64,000 nucleotides of DNA from a virus (taxonomy: Duplodnaviria; Heunggongvirae; Uroviricota; Caudoviricetes): IMG/VR virus record IMGVR_UViG_3300031088_000793. One strand, written 5' to 3'. How positions within the stretch are numbered: position 1 is the first letter of the stretch; every line of letters begins with the position of its first letter. Made by a program: the position numbers and the translations under genes. Under the pieces are notes generated by a model. The model saw only the letters and a list, made by a program, of their open reading frames with translations. It had not been told where the DNA came from and searched no databases. Of this stretch, positions 18,564 to 27,794 are shown piece after piece.

Positions 18564-19697
18564 CTAGAGCCGGAAGAGCAGCTCCAGCAGAGGTCGCCAG
18601 CTGTCTGCCCTCTGCTGATCTTCGCTCCGGGACGCTGAGCCGAAGCGGGCGAGCTCATCTCCGGAGACTGTGTAGAGCTGGAGCTCCCGGAAGTCCTCTG
18701 AGTAGTAAGCCGAGTCCGCCGTGAGGATCCCAGCGGGGAGTGAGTCGCCGCAGGACTGATCCTCTGCGACCTCAAAGCCGCCGATGAGCACGCCTCCGAG
18801 GGTTCGCTCGTAGGGCGCTAGAGCCTGGCTACAGCCCTCTTCCAGGGTCACTAGTCCCGACTCCCGGTCGAAGCGCAGATTCAGAGCGCTGTCTTCGGCG
18901 GAGATCCAGCTGTAGCCATCCGGAGCGGGAGGATCGAGATGGAGATCAGCTGGGGAGAGCTGCTGATGGAGCTGCGAGACCCCCAGGCCGAAGAGCGTCG
19001 AGAGGAGAAGTGCTGCCGCTAGGGCTCTGCGCTTCCTCCGAGGGGCGACCACGGCGAGGGAGCTCCGGAGGATGCCGATGCCCCGAGGGATCATCAGCGC
19101 GGCAAGGCCGAGGGCTGCGATGGCGTCGGCTCGGAGGAAGCCGAATGCCAGCACTGCGATGCCTCCGGCTATAACCACCAGGGAGCCGAGGGCGTCGCTG
19201 ATGACCTCGAGGAAGGCTGCTCGGAAGTTGAGGTTGGCCTTCCTGCTGGAGTAGAGGATACCTACGCAGACGAGGTTGGCCACGAGTCCCACTGAGGCGA
19301 AGACAAGGAGGTACTCACCGGCGATGGGATGGGGCACGATGAGGGACCGGAGCCCTCGGAGCGCGGCGTAGATACCGACACCCACGAGGAGCGTGGACTG
19401 GATCAGCGCAGAGAGCGCCTCGAGCCGTTCCTGAGCTGCTGCGCTCGGTCTCCGGGGAACCAGAGAGACTCCGAAGGCTACGGCGATGCCGAGGAGATCC
19501 ACGAGCATGTGGACAGATTCAGCCAGGAGTGCGATGGAGCCGGTGAGGAGCGCTCCGACGAACTGAGCTCCACAGGCAGCCAGGGCGATGAGGAGCACTG
19601 CTCCCAGTCGGAAACGGAGGAGCCTTCGATCCTCAGCTCCCACAGGAGAGGGGAGAGCGTGGCTGTGGCCCATCTGCTCTCCCCTCTCTCGCTTCAC
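18564..19697 (-). CDS. cation diffusion facilitator (CDF) family transporter with an atypical C-terminal domain
   Basis: His-rich N-terminus, TM2 LAESVHMLVDLLGI and a six-TM core typical of CzcD-like CDF proteins. The C-terminal ~150 aa have two Cys residues and no obvious CDF cytoplasmic-domain signature. Confidence 0.7.
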   Translation of the reverse strand: MKRERGEQMGHSHALPSPVGAEDRRLLRFRLGAVLLIALAACGAQFVGALLTGSIALLAESVHMLVDLLGIAVAFGVSLVPRRPSAAAQERLEALSALIQSTLLVGVGIYAALRGLRSLIVPHPIAGEYLLVFASVGLVANLVCVGILYSSRKANLNFRAAFLEVISDALGSLVVIAGGIAVLAFGFLRADAIAALGLAALMIPRGIGILRSSLAVVAPRRKRRALAAALLLSTLFGLGVSQLHQQLSPADLHLDPPAPDGYSWISAEDSALNLRFDRESGLVTLEEGCSQALAPYERTLGGVLIGGFEVAEDQSCGDSLPAGILTADSAYYSEDFRELQLYTVSGDELARFGSASRSEDQQRADSWRPLLELLFRL

Positions 19698-19713
19698 ACC
19701 CTATCGCCGACGA

Positions 19714-21060
19714 TCAGTCCTCGATGTAGGAGTGGCCCTCGTAGTAGGGGACCCAGTCGTTCTTCGCGTAGTTCTTCAGCTCAGCTCCGGTGAGCCGAAG
19801 CATGATGGCGTGGCGGGCCAGGGAGTCGATCACCGCAGGAGTGATGATCTTTCCGGTGGCGCCGACCTTCTCCTCGATGATCTGGAGGAGCTCCTCGAGG
19901 AGCGCATCCGTCTCGCCGGAGAGCCGCTTCCGGATCATGGCCAGGTGAGCTCCAGGCTGCACATCCACGATGAGAGCCCGCTGCTCGAGCCGGCCGGGCC
20001 GAACCACAGCCTCATCGAACTGCGAGGAGTCGTTGGTGGTCGCGAGGATCATCTGACCACCCTCCTGGTCGAGGCCGTCGAGCTCGTTGAGGAAGGAGCT
20101 GAAGTCGTTCTCCCCTCGCTCGCCGAAGAAGGACTCCACATCCTCCAGCACGATGAGCACAGGCTCGTAGCGATCAGCGAAGGCGAAGATGTCCTCGATG
20201 GAGGAATCCGGAGTGGCGTAGACCACCGTGGTCTCCCCGGAGAGGTCCCGGGCGATTCGCCGGGCCAGGGTCGTCTTGCCGGAGCCGGGAGGTCCCTCGA
20301 GGAGAAGGCCTGCCCGGGCGGGAAGGCCGAGTTCCTTCAGTCGATCCCGGATCTCAGAGTCCGCGATGGAGCTCATCCAGCGCACGGCTGCCTCCACCTC
20401 GGGTGAGTAGCCCGAGATCTCTCCGAGCTCGAGGTCGATGATCTTCACCGAGCTGCCATCGAGCCGAACGATCTTGCCATCGTAGGGGTCGGGGAGGATC
20501 ACATAGTCCTCGACGGTGGTGATGAGCTCGTTGATGCCGCCTTCGACCGCCTTGCCGTAGAGAGTGAGATCGACTCGGCCCTCGTAGTTCAGAGCGAAGC
20601 GAACCATGATCTGCTCGGCAGCGTTGAGGAAGTAGCGATGCTCGGAGCTCATGAGCGCGGGGACATACTCCCCGGTCTCCACGGACTTTGCTGAGCCCTT
20701 CCAGGGATCCTCCGGCCAGACCTCCCAGTCGGCCGACTTGACGAAGCGCTCATGGGCCCGAGTATTCCAGAGCTGCTGGTAGTGGGCGCTCGGCGAGTGG
20801 TAGGTCTCCGGCCACTCATCGATGGCCTCCTGGATGTGCGAGGGAGTCTCGGCGGTCGAAGGGGTCGGCGTGAGCCCGTGGAGCACTGCCTTGAAGAAGC
20901 CTCGGCTCGCGTCGGCAGTGTAGGGCTCATCCCAGCCGTTGGAGAGGATGATCTGGCCGAGCTGGAGTCCCAGGGCCTGCTCCAGGGTCTCCCGGGGGAG
21001 CACCGCGAGGGCCTCGAGCTGAGGGTCGATGGGCTCCGAGGCCCCGGTCTTGTCGGTCAC
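19714..21060 (-). CDS. AAA+ ATPase (448 aa) with an N-terminal ~230 aa domain of unknown function
   Basis: Walker A GPPGSGKTT, Walker B VLIVLEDVE, sensor-1 TTN, and an arginine finger region (VVRPGRLEQ). Confidence 0.85.
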   Translation of the reverse strand: MTDKTGASEPIDPQLEALAVLPRETLEQALGLQLGQIILSNGWDEPYTADASRGFFKAVLHGLTPTPSTAETPSHIQEAIDEWPETYHSPSAHYQQLWNTRAHERFVKSADWEVWPEDPWKGSAKSVETGEYVPALMSSEHRYFLNAAEQIMVRFALNYEGRVDLTLYGKAVEGGINELITTVEDYVILPDPYDGKIVRLDGSSVKIIDLELGEISGYSPEVEAAVRWMSSIADSEIRDRLKELGLPARAGLLLEGPPGSGKTTLARRIARDLSGETTVVYATPDSSIEDIFAFADRYEPVLIVLEDVESFFGERGENDFSSFLNELDGLDQEGGQMILATTNDSSQFDEAVVRPGRLEQRALIVDVQPGAHLAMIRKRLSGETDALLEELLQIIEEKVGATGKIITPAVIDSLARHAIMLRLTGAELKNYAKNDWVPYYEGHSYIED

Positions 21061-21108
21061 TGGAATTGCTCTTTTCTGCGGTTTGAGTGGGGAGGTGTAG
21101 GGTGAGGC

Positions 21109-21417
21109 TCAGCGAAGGTTGTAGCCCAGGGCGAACTGGACCTCGACGCCGCCGAGCTGAGTGCGGGGCCGGCTGATGAGGAAGAGCTCCGAGTGCCAGC
21201 GCTTGTCCTCCTCCATGGCCTCCTTGGCCTCGACGAGCCGGGGGTGCCAGAGCGTTCCGTCGAGGCTGGGGATGGGCTCGTAGCCCACATCGGTGGCCAC
21301 ATGGCCCCGGTAGCTGTAGCCGTACTCGAGCTCGACGATGGTCACGGTGGCGGGCTCCGAGATGGCCTGAAGATCGTTGCTCAGGGTCTTGAGAAGCTCG
21401 GGGAAGGGCTTTGCCAT
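21109..21417 (-). CDS. hypothetical protein (~102 aa; start at MAKPFPEL)
   Basis: Internal ATG of track ORF 21109..21471. Minus-strand packing. Confidence 0.45.
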   Translation of the reverse strand: MAKPFPELLKTLSNDLQAISEPATVTIVELEYGYSYRGHVATDVGYEPIPSLDGTLWHPRLVEAKEAMEEDKRWHSELFLISRPRTQLGGVEVQFALGYNLR

Positions 21418-21496
21418 TGATCTACTACTCTCAGTGCGGGAGCGAGATGCTCCAAGTTCGGTTCGAGCCACGGCTGTGGCCGAAGGAAGTGCTGGC

Positions 21497-21763
21497 TCAG
21501 GCGGTGGCGGTGGAGATCGTGCCGTCGCGCTCGTCGAGGATGCGGCCGAGGATGTTGATGTCCTCGAGGATGGCGAGCTTCACTCGGACGAGGCGCTTGA
21601 CCTCCTTGAGGGCGGCCTTGGTGTTGGTGGTGCCGGACTTGTAGAGCTCCGAGGCAGCGGAGAGCTGAACCTTGGACTGCTCGTAGTCACCGATGTAGAC
21701 CTTCTGGATCCCGTGGATCTCAGCGGAGGTCAGGTTGGAGTAGTTCTGGGGCTGAATGGCCAT
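21497..21763 (-). CDS. hypothetical protein (~88 aa; start MAIQPQNY)
   Basis: The family promoter at 21815-21843 lies inside the longer track ORF. The internal ATG has a GAGG Shine-Dalgarno 9 nt upstream. Confidence 0.45.
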   Translation of the reverse strand: MAIQPQNYSNLTSAEIHGIQKVYIGDYEQSKVQLSAASELYKSGTTNTKAALKEVKRLVRVKLAILEDINILGRILDERDGTISTATA

Positions 21764-21814
21764 GAGGGAGCCTCTCTGCGGGGGATCGGTGATCCCGGTG
21801 GTGTGGTGTAGTTT

Positions 21815-21843
21815 CACCATACACCGCTCAGAGCATCAGCGCA
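21815..21843 (-). promoter_or_regulatory. conserved promoter (-35 TTGCGC, N17, -10 TATGGT)
   Basis: Family motif. Its position implies a later start codon for the downstream gene. Confidence 0.4.
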
Positions 21844-21861
21844 ACTGGCAGAATTCTGAGC

Positions 21862-22170
21862 TCAGTCCCGGCTGCTCTGACCCTCGGAGCCCTCGCCGTA
21901 GGATGGAGTGGCCATCAGACCCTCGAGCCAGTGGAGCTCCTCGAGCCGCTGCTGAGAAGTTAGGCTCCTGTCGTACTCAGAGCGCTGGGGCACAGGTCGG
22001 ACCGCGTCGAAGAGCCCGACGCTGCGCTCAGTGCGCCGATAGATGGTCAGCGCAGCTGCAGCGAAGCCGAAGAGCACGAGGGCTGCGACCACAGCAGAGA
22101 TCCAGATACCCTCGGGTGAGAGAGCCTCGAAGGGGATCCGAGGGGGCATCGGAGCGAAGACATGGATCAC
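21862..22170 (-). CDS. small membrane protein (102 aa)
   Basis: TM segment AVVAALVLFGFAAAALTIY. Confidence 0.45.
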   Translation of the reverse strand: MIHVFAPMPPRIPFEALSPEGIWISAVVAALVLFGFAAAALTIYRRTERSVGLFDAVRPVPQRSEYDRSLTSQQRLEELHWLEGLMATPSYGEGSEGQSSRD

Positions 22171-22259
22171 GGCTGTGCTTCCTTCAGTGTTTCAGCATGG
22201 GTTGCATCTAAGATCGATGCTCTATGTCCACTATGCGGCGGACTATCGGAGGGGTCTAT

Positions 22260-22544
22260 CTACCAGCCCCGGCGCTCAGCCTTGAGCGCGAGGGCCACGG
22301 ACTCAGCAACGAGCTCTCGGAGCGCAGTTACCCGGGCTGCCTGCTCCCGGCGGGCGGCGTTGCGATTGCGCTTGCAGCGACCTCCCATAGCCAGGAAGGT
22401 TCCGGAGGTCTCATCCCAGCTGCAGCTGCAGCCAGTTGCCGAAGTGTGGCTCCAGCTCAGCTCTCCCACGATGAGGATCTCCTGCTGGTTGGGCACAGGG
22501 AGTTCCTCCATGGGCACGGACTGTTCAGCAGTAGCGGATTCCAT
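22260..22544 (-). CDS. possible small protein (94 aa)
   Basis: Fills the gap between neighbouring minus-strand genes. No other support. Confidence 0.3.
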   Translation of the reverse strand: MESATAEQSVPMEELPVPNQQEILIVGELSWSHTSATGCSCSWDETSGTFLAMGGRCKRNRNAARREQAARVTALRELVAESVALALKAERRGW

Positions 22545-22914
22545 AGCATTCCCAGTTCTCGACGAAGGTCATGGGCCGGTGGATCGGTCCAGCGGCGGGT
22601 TCTCCGATGCGCTGAAGCTTCGGAGCGATGTAGCTGAAACCGTCGGCTGTGTAGCTTCCCCGGTGGGAAACGGCCTCCACTCCGTAGCCCCGAGCGAGCT
22701 GGGCTAGGAGCTCAGTCGCATAGCCCCGGTGGCGATGGCCTTCCCGGGTCTCGATGTCGCAGAGCTCCAGGACGGTGCCCTGGGGTCCGCTGAGCTCGTA
22801 GATCTTAGCGTAGGCTCGAGGCTCACCGGCCACGAGGAGCCAGTAGTGATGGCCCAGATCGGGTCCAGTATAGCTGAGCTTCAGCTCGAAGCTCTGCTCA
22901 CCGGCGGTTGTCAT
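22525..22914 (-). CDS. GNAT-like acetyltransferase (129 aa)
   Basis: RHRGYATELLAQL resembles the GNAT motif A acetyl-CoA binding loop (R/Q-x-x-G-x-A), and the size fits. Confidence 0.45.
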   Translation of the reverse strand: MTTAGEQSFELKLSYTGPDLGHHYWLLVAGEPRAYAKIYELSGPQGTVLELCDIETREGHRHRGYATELLAQLARGYGVEAVSHRGSYTADGFSYIAPKLQRIGEPAAGPIHRPMTFVENWECYGIRYC

Positions 22915-22935
22915 GGGGCCAAATTACACCATGGA

Positions 22936-23202
22936 TCAGCTGTTGGCAACATCCGACTGAGGAGGATCGGTGGGCTCACCCTTGGCGAGCCGGAGCTGCT
23001 CAGCCGCTGCCTTCTTGTCGCTCTCGCGGAGGGTCAGGGAGTAGATCACGAGGAGGATGCCGATGACCAGGAAGGCTCCCTTACCGATCCCCACGACGAT
23101 GAGCACCAGGCCGATGAGGAAGAAGGGATTGGCCCACATGTCCCAGCCCGGCTCCTTGGAAACCTCGGGCTCAGGGTTCTGCTTGCTGTTCTCAGTTGCC
23201 AT
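22936..23202 (-). CDS. small membrane protein (88 aa), paralog of 23355..23630
   Basis: Charged N-terminus followed by two hydrophobic helices (FFLIGLVLIVVGIGKGAFLVIGILLVIY). Similar architecture to its neighbour. Confidence 0.5.
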   Translation of the reverse strand: MATENSKQNPEPEVSKEPGWDMWANPFFLIGLVLIVVGIGKGAFLVIGILLVIYSLTLRESDKKAAAEQLRLAKGEPTDPPQSDVANS

Positions 23203-23446
23203 GGGGATTCTCCTTCGAGGTTCTGAGCTTCCCTCTCATGAGATCCCGGAGGGGATACTCCGGAAGAAGGAAGTAGGGCACATGGAAGCCCAGCGCCTGG
23301 AAGAGCGCTACGCTGTAGAAGATCGGACCTGGGAGCTCGGAGCGCCGGGGAGCCTCAACGGCCATCGTGCTCACCTCCCCCGTCGCTAGCTTCAGATTCA
23401 GCTGAAGCCGGAGAGTCGCTGCTGGGCTTGCTGGCAGCTGCCTCAT
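23192..23446 (-). CDS. possible small protein (84 aa)
   Basis: Fills the gap between neighbouring genes. Weak support. Confidence 0.3.
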   Translation of the reverse strand: MRQLPASPAATLRLQLNLKLATGEVSTMAVEAPRRSELPGPIFYSVALFQALGFHVPYFLLPEYPLRDLMRGKLRTSKENPHGN

Positions 23447-23630
23447 CCTTCATGGAGAACGAGAGGAAGATGAAGGACAGCCCCACGAAGACGAAGGTGA
23501 GCTCACTGGATAGACCGATGACCACGAAGGCGATGCCGATGGCGAAGAAAGCCCCGCCGGTGCCGTTGAGCTCAAGCCATCTCCAGGGACGATTCTCAGT
23601 CTCCGGGATCGCGGGCTTCTTCTCTGCCAT
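23355..23630 (-). CDS. small membrane protein (91 aa), paralog of 22936..23202
   Basis: GAFFAIGIAFVVIGL...FVFVGLSFIFLSF, the same two-helix layout. Confidence 0.5.
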   Translation of the reverse strand: MAEKKPAIPETENRPWRWLELNGTGGAFFAIGIAFVVIGLSSELTFVFVGLSFIFLSFSMKDEAAASKPSSDSPASAESEASDGGGEHDGR

Positions 23631-23679
23631 GGTGCTCAGCTCCTTCGCAGTTCCTTCGGCGATTGCCTCCAGAGCTCTA

Positions 23680-24627
23680 TCAGTGAGCGGCTGTGCCCCT
23701 ACGCTTGGCGATTGCCGCGCCGATGAAGTGCACGGGGAGGAAGATCAGCACACCCCAGAGGATACCGAAGGCGGTGGAGGCCAAGGTCTCGCCGAACCAG
23801 GCGATGATCCCGTTGTAGTGGTGGAAGAACTCCTCCAGGCCGTGGAGGCTGTGGGAGAAGATCTCGATGCCGATGTCTCCCAGGGATTTCCAGACCAGGT
23901 GGCCACCGACCCAGAGCATGGCGAAGGTACCGACCACGCTCAGCGTCTTGAAGACTCCGGGCATGGCCTGGAGGAGGCCGAGGCCGAAGAGTCGAACTCC
24001 ACGGCCCTTCCGGCGTGCCATGTGGAGACCGATGTCGTCCACCTTGATGAGCAGCCCGACCACGCCGTAGACCAGCGCCGTGAGGCCGACGGCCACGATG
24101 GAGAGCATGAGGAGCTTGCTGATCCAGTTGTCGATGTCGATGGAGGACAGCGAGATCAGCATGATCTCAGTTGAGAGCACCAGGTCGGTGGTCACCGCGC
24201 TGGTCACCATCTTCTTCTCCAGCTCCTCCGAGCTGTTGGCTGCGAGGCGCTCTTCCTTGTGGCCCTTGAGGAGCTTCACCATGAGGAGGAACTTCTCGGC
24301 TCCCTCGAAGGCGAGGTAGGAGCCACCGATCACGAGGAGGTAGGGCAGCGCTGCCGGCAGGAGCCAGGAGAGCAGCATGAGCAGGGGGATGACGATGAGG
24401 AACTTGTTCCGGAGGCTACCCTTGGTGATCTTCCAGATCACGGGGAGCTCACGAGCGGGCGAGAGTCCTGTGACGAGCTGTGGCGCTACAGCGATGTCGT
24501 CGACGATGACGCCGGAGGTCTTGACCGCGGTTCGGCTCGCGCCGAGGGCCACATCGTCGATGGTCGCGAGCGAGGCCTTGGCGAGGACAGAGATGTCGTC
24601 GAGGAGGGCGAAGAATCCCGAGGGCAT
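23680..24627 (-). CDS. DUF808 (YedI-like) inner-membrane protein
   Basis: N-terminus MPSGFFALLDDISVLAKAS and the overall TM pattern match the DUF808 family. Confidence 0.7.
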   Translation of the reverse strand: MPSGFFALLDDISVLAKASLATIDDVALGASRTAVKTSGVIVDDIAVAPQLVTGLSPARELPVIWKITKGSLRNKFLIVIPLLMLLSWLLPAALPYLLVIGGSYLAFEGAEKFLLMVKLLKGHKEERLAANSSEELEKKMVTSAVTTDLVLSTEIMLISLSSIDIDNWISKLLMLSIVAVGLTALVYGVVGLLIKVDDIGLHMARRKGRGVRLFGLGLLQAMPGVFKTLSVVGTFAMLWVGGHLVWKSLGDIGIEIFSHSLHGLEEFFHHYNGIIAWFGETLASTAFGILWGVLIFLPVHFIGAAIAKRRGTAAH

Positions 24628-24689
24628 GATTTCCTTCAGTGTGGTGGAAGTGGTGTGAGCAGGTAGCTCCGAGGATGACTATACACCAT

Positions 24690-24728
24690 GGAGATCCCGG
24701 AGCGAAACAGTCTAGATCGCTCCGGGAT
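24690..24728 (-). terminator. hairpin downstream of 24740..25126
   Basis: 13-bp perfect inverted repeat GGATCCCGGAGCG/CGCTCCGGGATCC with a 13-nt loop. Confidence 0.45.
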
Positions 24729-24739
24729 CCTGGGATGAC

Positions 24740-25126
24740 TCACTCGTCGATGCCGTCTTTCCAGCTGTAGTAGCCAGCCTCGACTCGAGCGATCTCCTCA
24801 TCTGTGAAGTCATCGTCGTAGTAGTCCCCTGAGCCGATCTTGCGAGCCTTGGCCACAGCCTCAGGGTCCGAGAGATCCAGTCCCTCGATCTCTGACAGAT
24901 CGTGGAAGTCGAGGAAGCGCTGGTAGTTCTCTCCAGTGAGCTTTCGGACCACCTGGTCCATCATCCAGTTCTGCATCCTGTAGCCATCGCCACTGTTGTA
25001 GCGGACGATCAGCGCCAGCGCGTCGGCGATGGCGTCCTCCTGGTCCTTGGCCGCGGCGAACTGTCGAAGCTTCTCTCGATCCTCGGCGGGAACAGAGTGC
25101 TCTGCGGGCCGCTCCTCTTCTGCCAT
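24740..25126 (-). CDS. hypothetical acidic protein (128 aa)
   Basis: Minus-strand ORF with a GAGATAGGAAA-type translation initiation region. Confidence 0.5.
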   Translation of the reverse strand: MAEEERPAEHSVPAEDREKLRQFAAAKDQEDAIADALALIVRYNSGDGYRMQNWMMDQVVRKLTGENYQRFLDFHDLSEIEGLDLSDPEAVAKARKIGSGDYYDDDFTDEEIARVEAGYYSWKDGIDE

Positions 25127-25151
25127 GGGCTTTTCCTATCTCTCGGTGTTG

Positions 25152-25427
25152 CTAGTGGGTGGGCTGATCGGAATTGGTGGACTCGGCAGCGGGGTTCTCT
25201 GAGTCCAGGGCAGCGTAGTACTCGTCGAGGAGATACATCAGCGCCTCGCCGTTGTCCCCGTCCCCTCCAGCCCTGAGACCCATGGAGTCGTCTCCGAACT
25301 TCCAGTCGTACTCTGCAAGGAAGCCGTAGAGAGCCTCACTCCGGGGATCGTGCTCGATACCCTTATCCCAGCGGTCATCGGGGCTGATGGTGAGCTTGAC
25401 CTCAGGTGTCTTCGGCTGTTGAGCCAT
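25152..25427 (-). CDS. hypothetical protein (91 aa)
   Basis: Minus-strand ORF. Confidence 0.5.
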   Translation of the reverse strand: MAQQPKTPEVKLTISPDDRWDKGIEHDPRSEALYGFLAEYDWKFGDDSMGLRAGGDGDNGEALMYLLDEYYAALDSENPAAESTNSDQPTH

Positions 25428-25462
25428 GAAAATTCCTCTCTCGGTGCTGCTGGTAAGTTGGA

Positions 25463-26371
25463 TCAGTGGCTCTTCTGGAGATCCTCGTAGACTCCACCCC
25501 GAAGGCTGGAGACCTCGCTGAAGACGACCACAGCATCGGGATCGGTCTCGATGATTCGCTCCGTGAGCTCCGATGTCTCGAGCCGGGTAAGGACGAAGCG
25601 GAGCTGGTGGACTTTGCCGACGAAGCCCTCGCCGTGCTTCCAGTGCTTCTTCTCGTCGATGACCACATGGCGCTTGGTGATGCTCACGATGGTCTCAGCG
25701 ACTGCCTCGGGATGCTCAGTAGAGACCACGGCCGACTTGAACTCATTGGTGCCGTTGACGATCTTGTCGATGAGCGTCGAGACCACCACATAGAAGAGCA
25801 GGGCCGAGGACATGGCGGACTGCCAATCCATGACGAAGCCAGCGACGAGGAAGACGCAGACATTGATGCCGAGGATGAGCTGGTCCACCGAGTAGGCGCT
25901 CCGGTTGGAGATAATCGTAGCCAGGGCTTCGGTGCCGTCGAGGGCTCCACCATTCCGGAGGGCGATACCCACGCCGAAGCCGAGGAGTGCGCCTCCGTAG
26001 AAGAGCGCCAGCACATAGTTGTCCGTCCAAGGATCCATGTGGTGCCAGAGCACGGCGAAGGTGGCCAGGGTCGCCACGCCCAGTGTGGTACGGAGCGCTG
26101 AGCGTCTGCCGAGCTTCCACCAGGTCAGTGCGATGAAGGGCAGATTGAGCACAGCGATGAAGACACCCACCGGGATGTCGATGAACTTGGAGAGGATGAT
26201 GGAGATACCCGTGAGGCCTCCGTCGAGGAAGCCGTGGGGGATGAGGAAGGCCTCGAGGCCGAGCGCTGCTAGGAGTCCACCTCCCACGACGAGGGCGATG
26301 TGGTAGAGCTCTCGGAGGATCGGGTGGTGACCCTGGAGCTTGCTCATGGTCCGGTGGACGGTCTTTTCCAT
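25463..26371 (-). CDS. YitT-family membrane protein (DUF161 core plus C-terminal DUF2179-like domain)
   Basis: ILRELYHIALVVGGGLLAALGLEAFLIPHGFLDGGLTG matches the YitT N-terminal signature, with a soluble C-terminal domain. Confidence 0.7.
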   Translation of the reverse strand: MEKTVHRTMSKLQGHHPILRELYHIALVVGGGLLAALGLEAFLIPHGFLDGGLTGISIILSKFIDIPVGVFIAVLNLPFIALTWWKLGRRSALRTTLGVATLATFAVLWHHMDPWTDNYVLALFYGGALLGFGVGIALRNGGALDGTEALATIISNRSAYSVDQLILGINVCVFLVAGFVMDWQSAMSSALLFYVVVSTLIDKIVNGTNEFKSAVVSTEHPEAVAETIVSITKRHVVIDEKKHWKHGEGFVGKVHQLRFVLTRLETSELTERIIETDPDAVVVFSEVSSLRGGVYEDLQKSH

Positions 26372-26512
26372 CTGTCTGTAGTTCTCTCTGTGGTGGGTAG
26401 GCTTCTTCTATGCCTAGCAGATCAGAGCCGCTGTTCTGAGCGACTCTGAGTGCTTCGATGACGGGTTGTGCGGTAGGTGGTCTGGGAGGCTTAGGATCGA
26501 TCCTCGGGTGAA

Positions 26513-26953
26513 TCAGTTGGCGTAGATCAGGGCCTGCTTGAGCTCCTTGGCGACGAAGCGAGCGGCAGCCGCGTCCTCGAAGGCCCAGGGGAGCTGTCGG
26601 GTGATGGCCTCGAAGGCACGGGCCTCGAGGAGCCCGGGGAGCGCGCCGCTGAAGGCAGCGTGGTGCTCGGCCTCGACCGCGGCGAGCTCCTCGATGAGCT
26701 CTTCCTTCGGAGCCTTGGCACCCAGGGCCCGGTCGAGCTCGCTGCGAGCCTTGGACCAGGCAGCCTTGAGCTTCTGGTAGGCCTCCAGGGTCGCAGCCCA
26801 GTGCTCGTTCTGCTCGGCCTTGAAGGCCTCCAGGGAGTCGATGTCCTGAGCGATGGGGAAGCTCTCGATGCCGTGGGCTTCGAAGAAGGCGGTGACCGCC
26901 TCGATGGAGAGGATCGAGTCAGCGGGAGTGGCGGGGGTCTGGGTGGCGTCCAT
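26513..26953 (-). CDS. hypothetical protein (146 aa)
   Basis: Leaderless consensus promoter with a perfect TTGACA -35 at 26960-26988. Confidence 0.55.
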   Translation of the reverse strand: MDATQTPATPADSILSIEAVTAFFEAHGIESFPIAQDIDSLEAFKAEQNEHWAATLEAYQKLKAAWSKARSELDRALGAKAPKEELIEELAAVEAEHHAAFSGALPGLLEARAFEAITRQLPWAFEDAAAARFVAKELKQALIYAN

Positions 26954-26959
26954 GGGGCT

Positions 26960-26988
26960 ATGCTACGCCACTGCTTTCAGCCTGTCAA
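26960..26988 (-). promoter_or_regulatory. conserved leaderless promoter (-35 TTGACA, N17, -10 TAGCAT, N6, ATG)
   Basis: Plus-strand ATGCTA at 26960-65 and TGTCAA at 26983-88. Confidence 0.5.
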
Positions 26989-27011
26989 CAGCGGAGGAGC
27001 TATCGGGGAAC

Positions 27012-27413
27012 CTAGAACCGAGTAACCCCAGCACGCTTACGCTGGACCTTGCTGTAGTCGACCTCGATCTGAGCGGGATCTTCGCTGTCGGCGATGAGGG
27101 GAAGAAGGATGCTGTCCTGCTCACCCACTGAGCTTCGAGAGAGGATCTCAGGGTAGTTGGCCTTCACGGTCCAATAGCCCAGCTTCAGCTGCCCGCTGTA
27201 GGAAGCGCCGTGGAGCTCGTAGGTCACAGCAAAGCGGAAGTCGGGGAAGTCGCTGCGCTCATCCTTCAGGATCTTGCTGACACCTGTGACTCGGCCATCG
27301 ATGGGGACTCCGTTCTCCTTCAGACCCCTGCGCTTCCTCAGCGCGAGGAAGACAAGTGCGACAGTGATTGCCAGCGGCACGATTGCCACGAGAGCGATGG
27401 ATGTGGGACTCAT
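27012..27413 (-). CDS. membrane-anchored protein (133 aa)
   Basis: N-terminal TM segment (IALVAIVPLAITVALVFLAL). Confidence 0.5.
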   Translation of the reverse strand: MSPTSIALVAIVPLAITVALVFLALRKRRGLKENGVPIDGRVTGVSKILKDERSDFPDFRFAVTYELHGASYSGQLKLGYWTVKANYPEILSRSSVGEQDSILLPLIADSEDPAQIEVDYSKVQRKRAGVTRF

Positions 27414-27464
27414 GGAGCTGCCTCTCTATGGATGGGATGAATCGAGCTGTGGTAATAGGATGAG

Positions 27465-27794
27465 CTATCGGAAACTCTCAGGTGAACAGGAGACGGCTCC
27501 GTTCTCCTCCCGGAAGATGAAGTCACCCTCCTGGCAGCTGTCGTAGACCTCGCCGGTCACGGACCACTGATCCCGAGTCACGCCCTCCTCGTCGGGATAG
27601 CTGTACTCCACGCTGAGGTAGTAGTAGGGAGTGGTCTGGGGAACGGAGACCTTGCCCACTGGGATCAGGCTCGTGGTTGAGCCTTCTTCCCTGTCGATGA
27701 CCTTCCCATAGACCTGCGTGTAGCTGCTGGCGCAGGCCGTGAGCCCGAAGCTAAGCCCCAATGCGAGGATCGCTACCGCGACTCTTTTCTGCAT
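27465..27794 (-). CDS. lipoprotein (109 aa)
   Basis: Signal peptide plus lipobox LTAC. Confidence 0.55.
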   Translation of the reverse strand: MQKRVAVAILALGLSFGLTACASSYTQVYGKVIDREEGSTTSLIPVGKVSVPQTTPYYYLSVEYSYPDEEGVTRDQWSVTGEVYDSCQEGDFIFREENGAVSCSPESFR

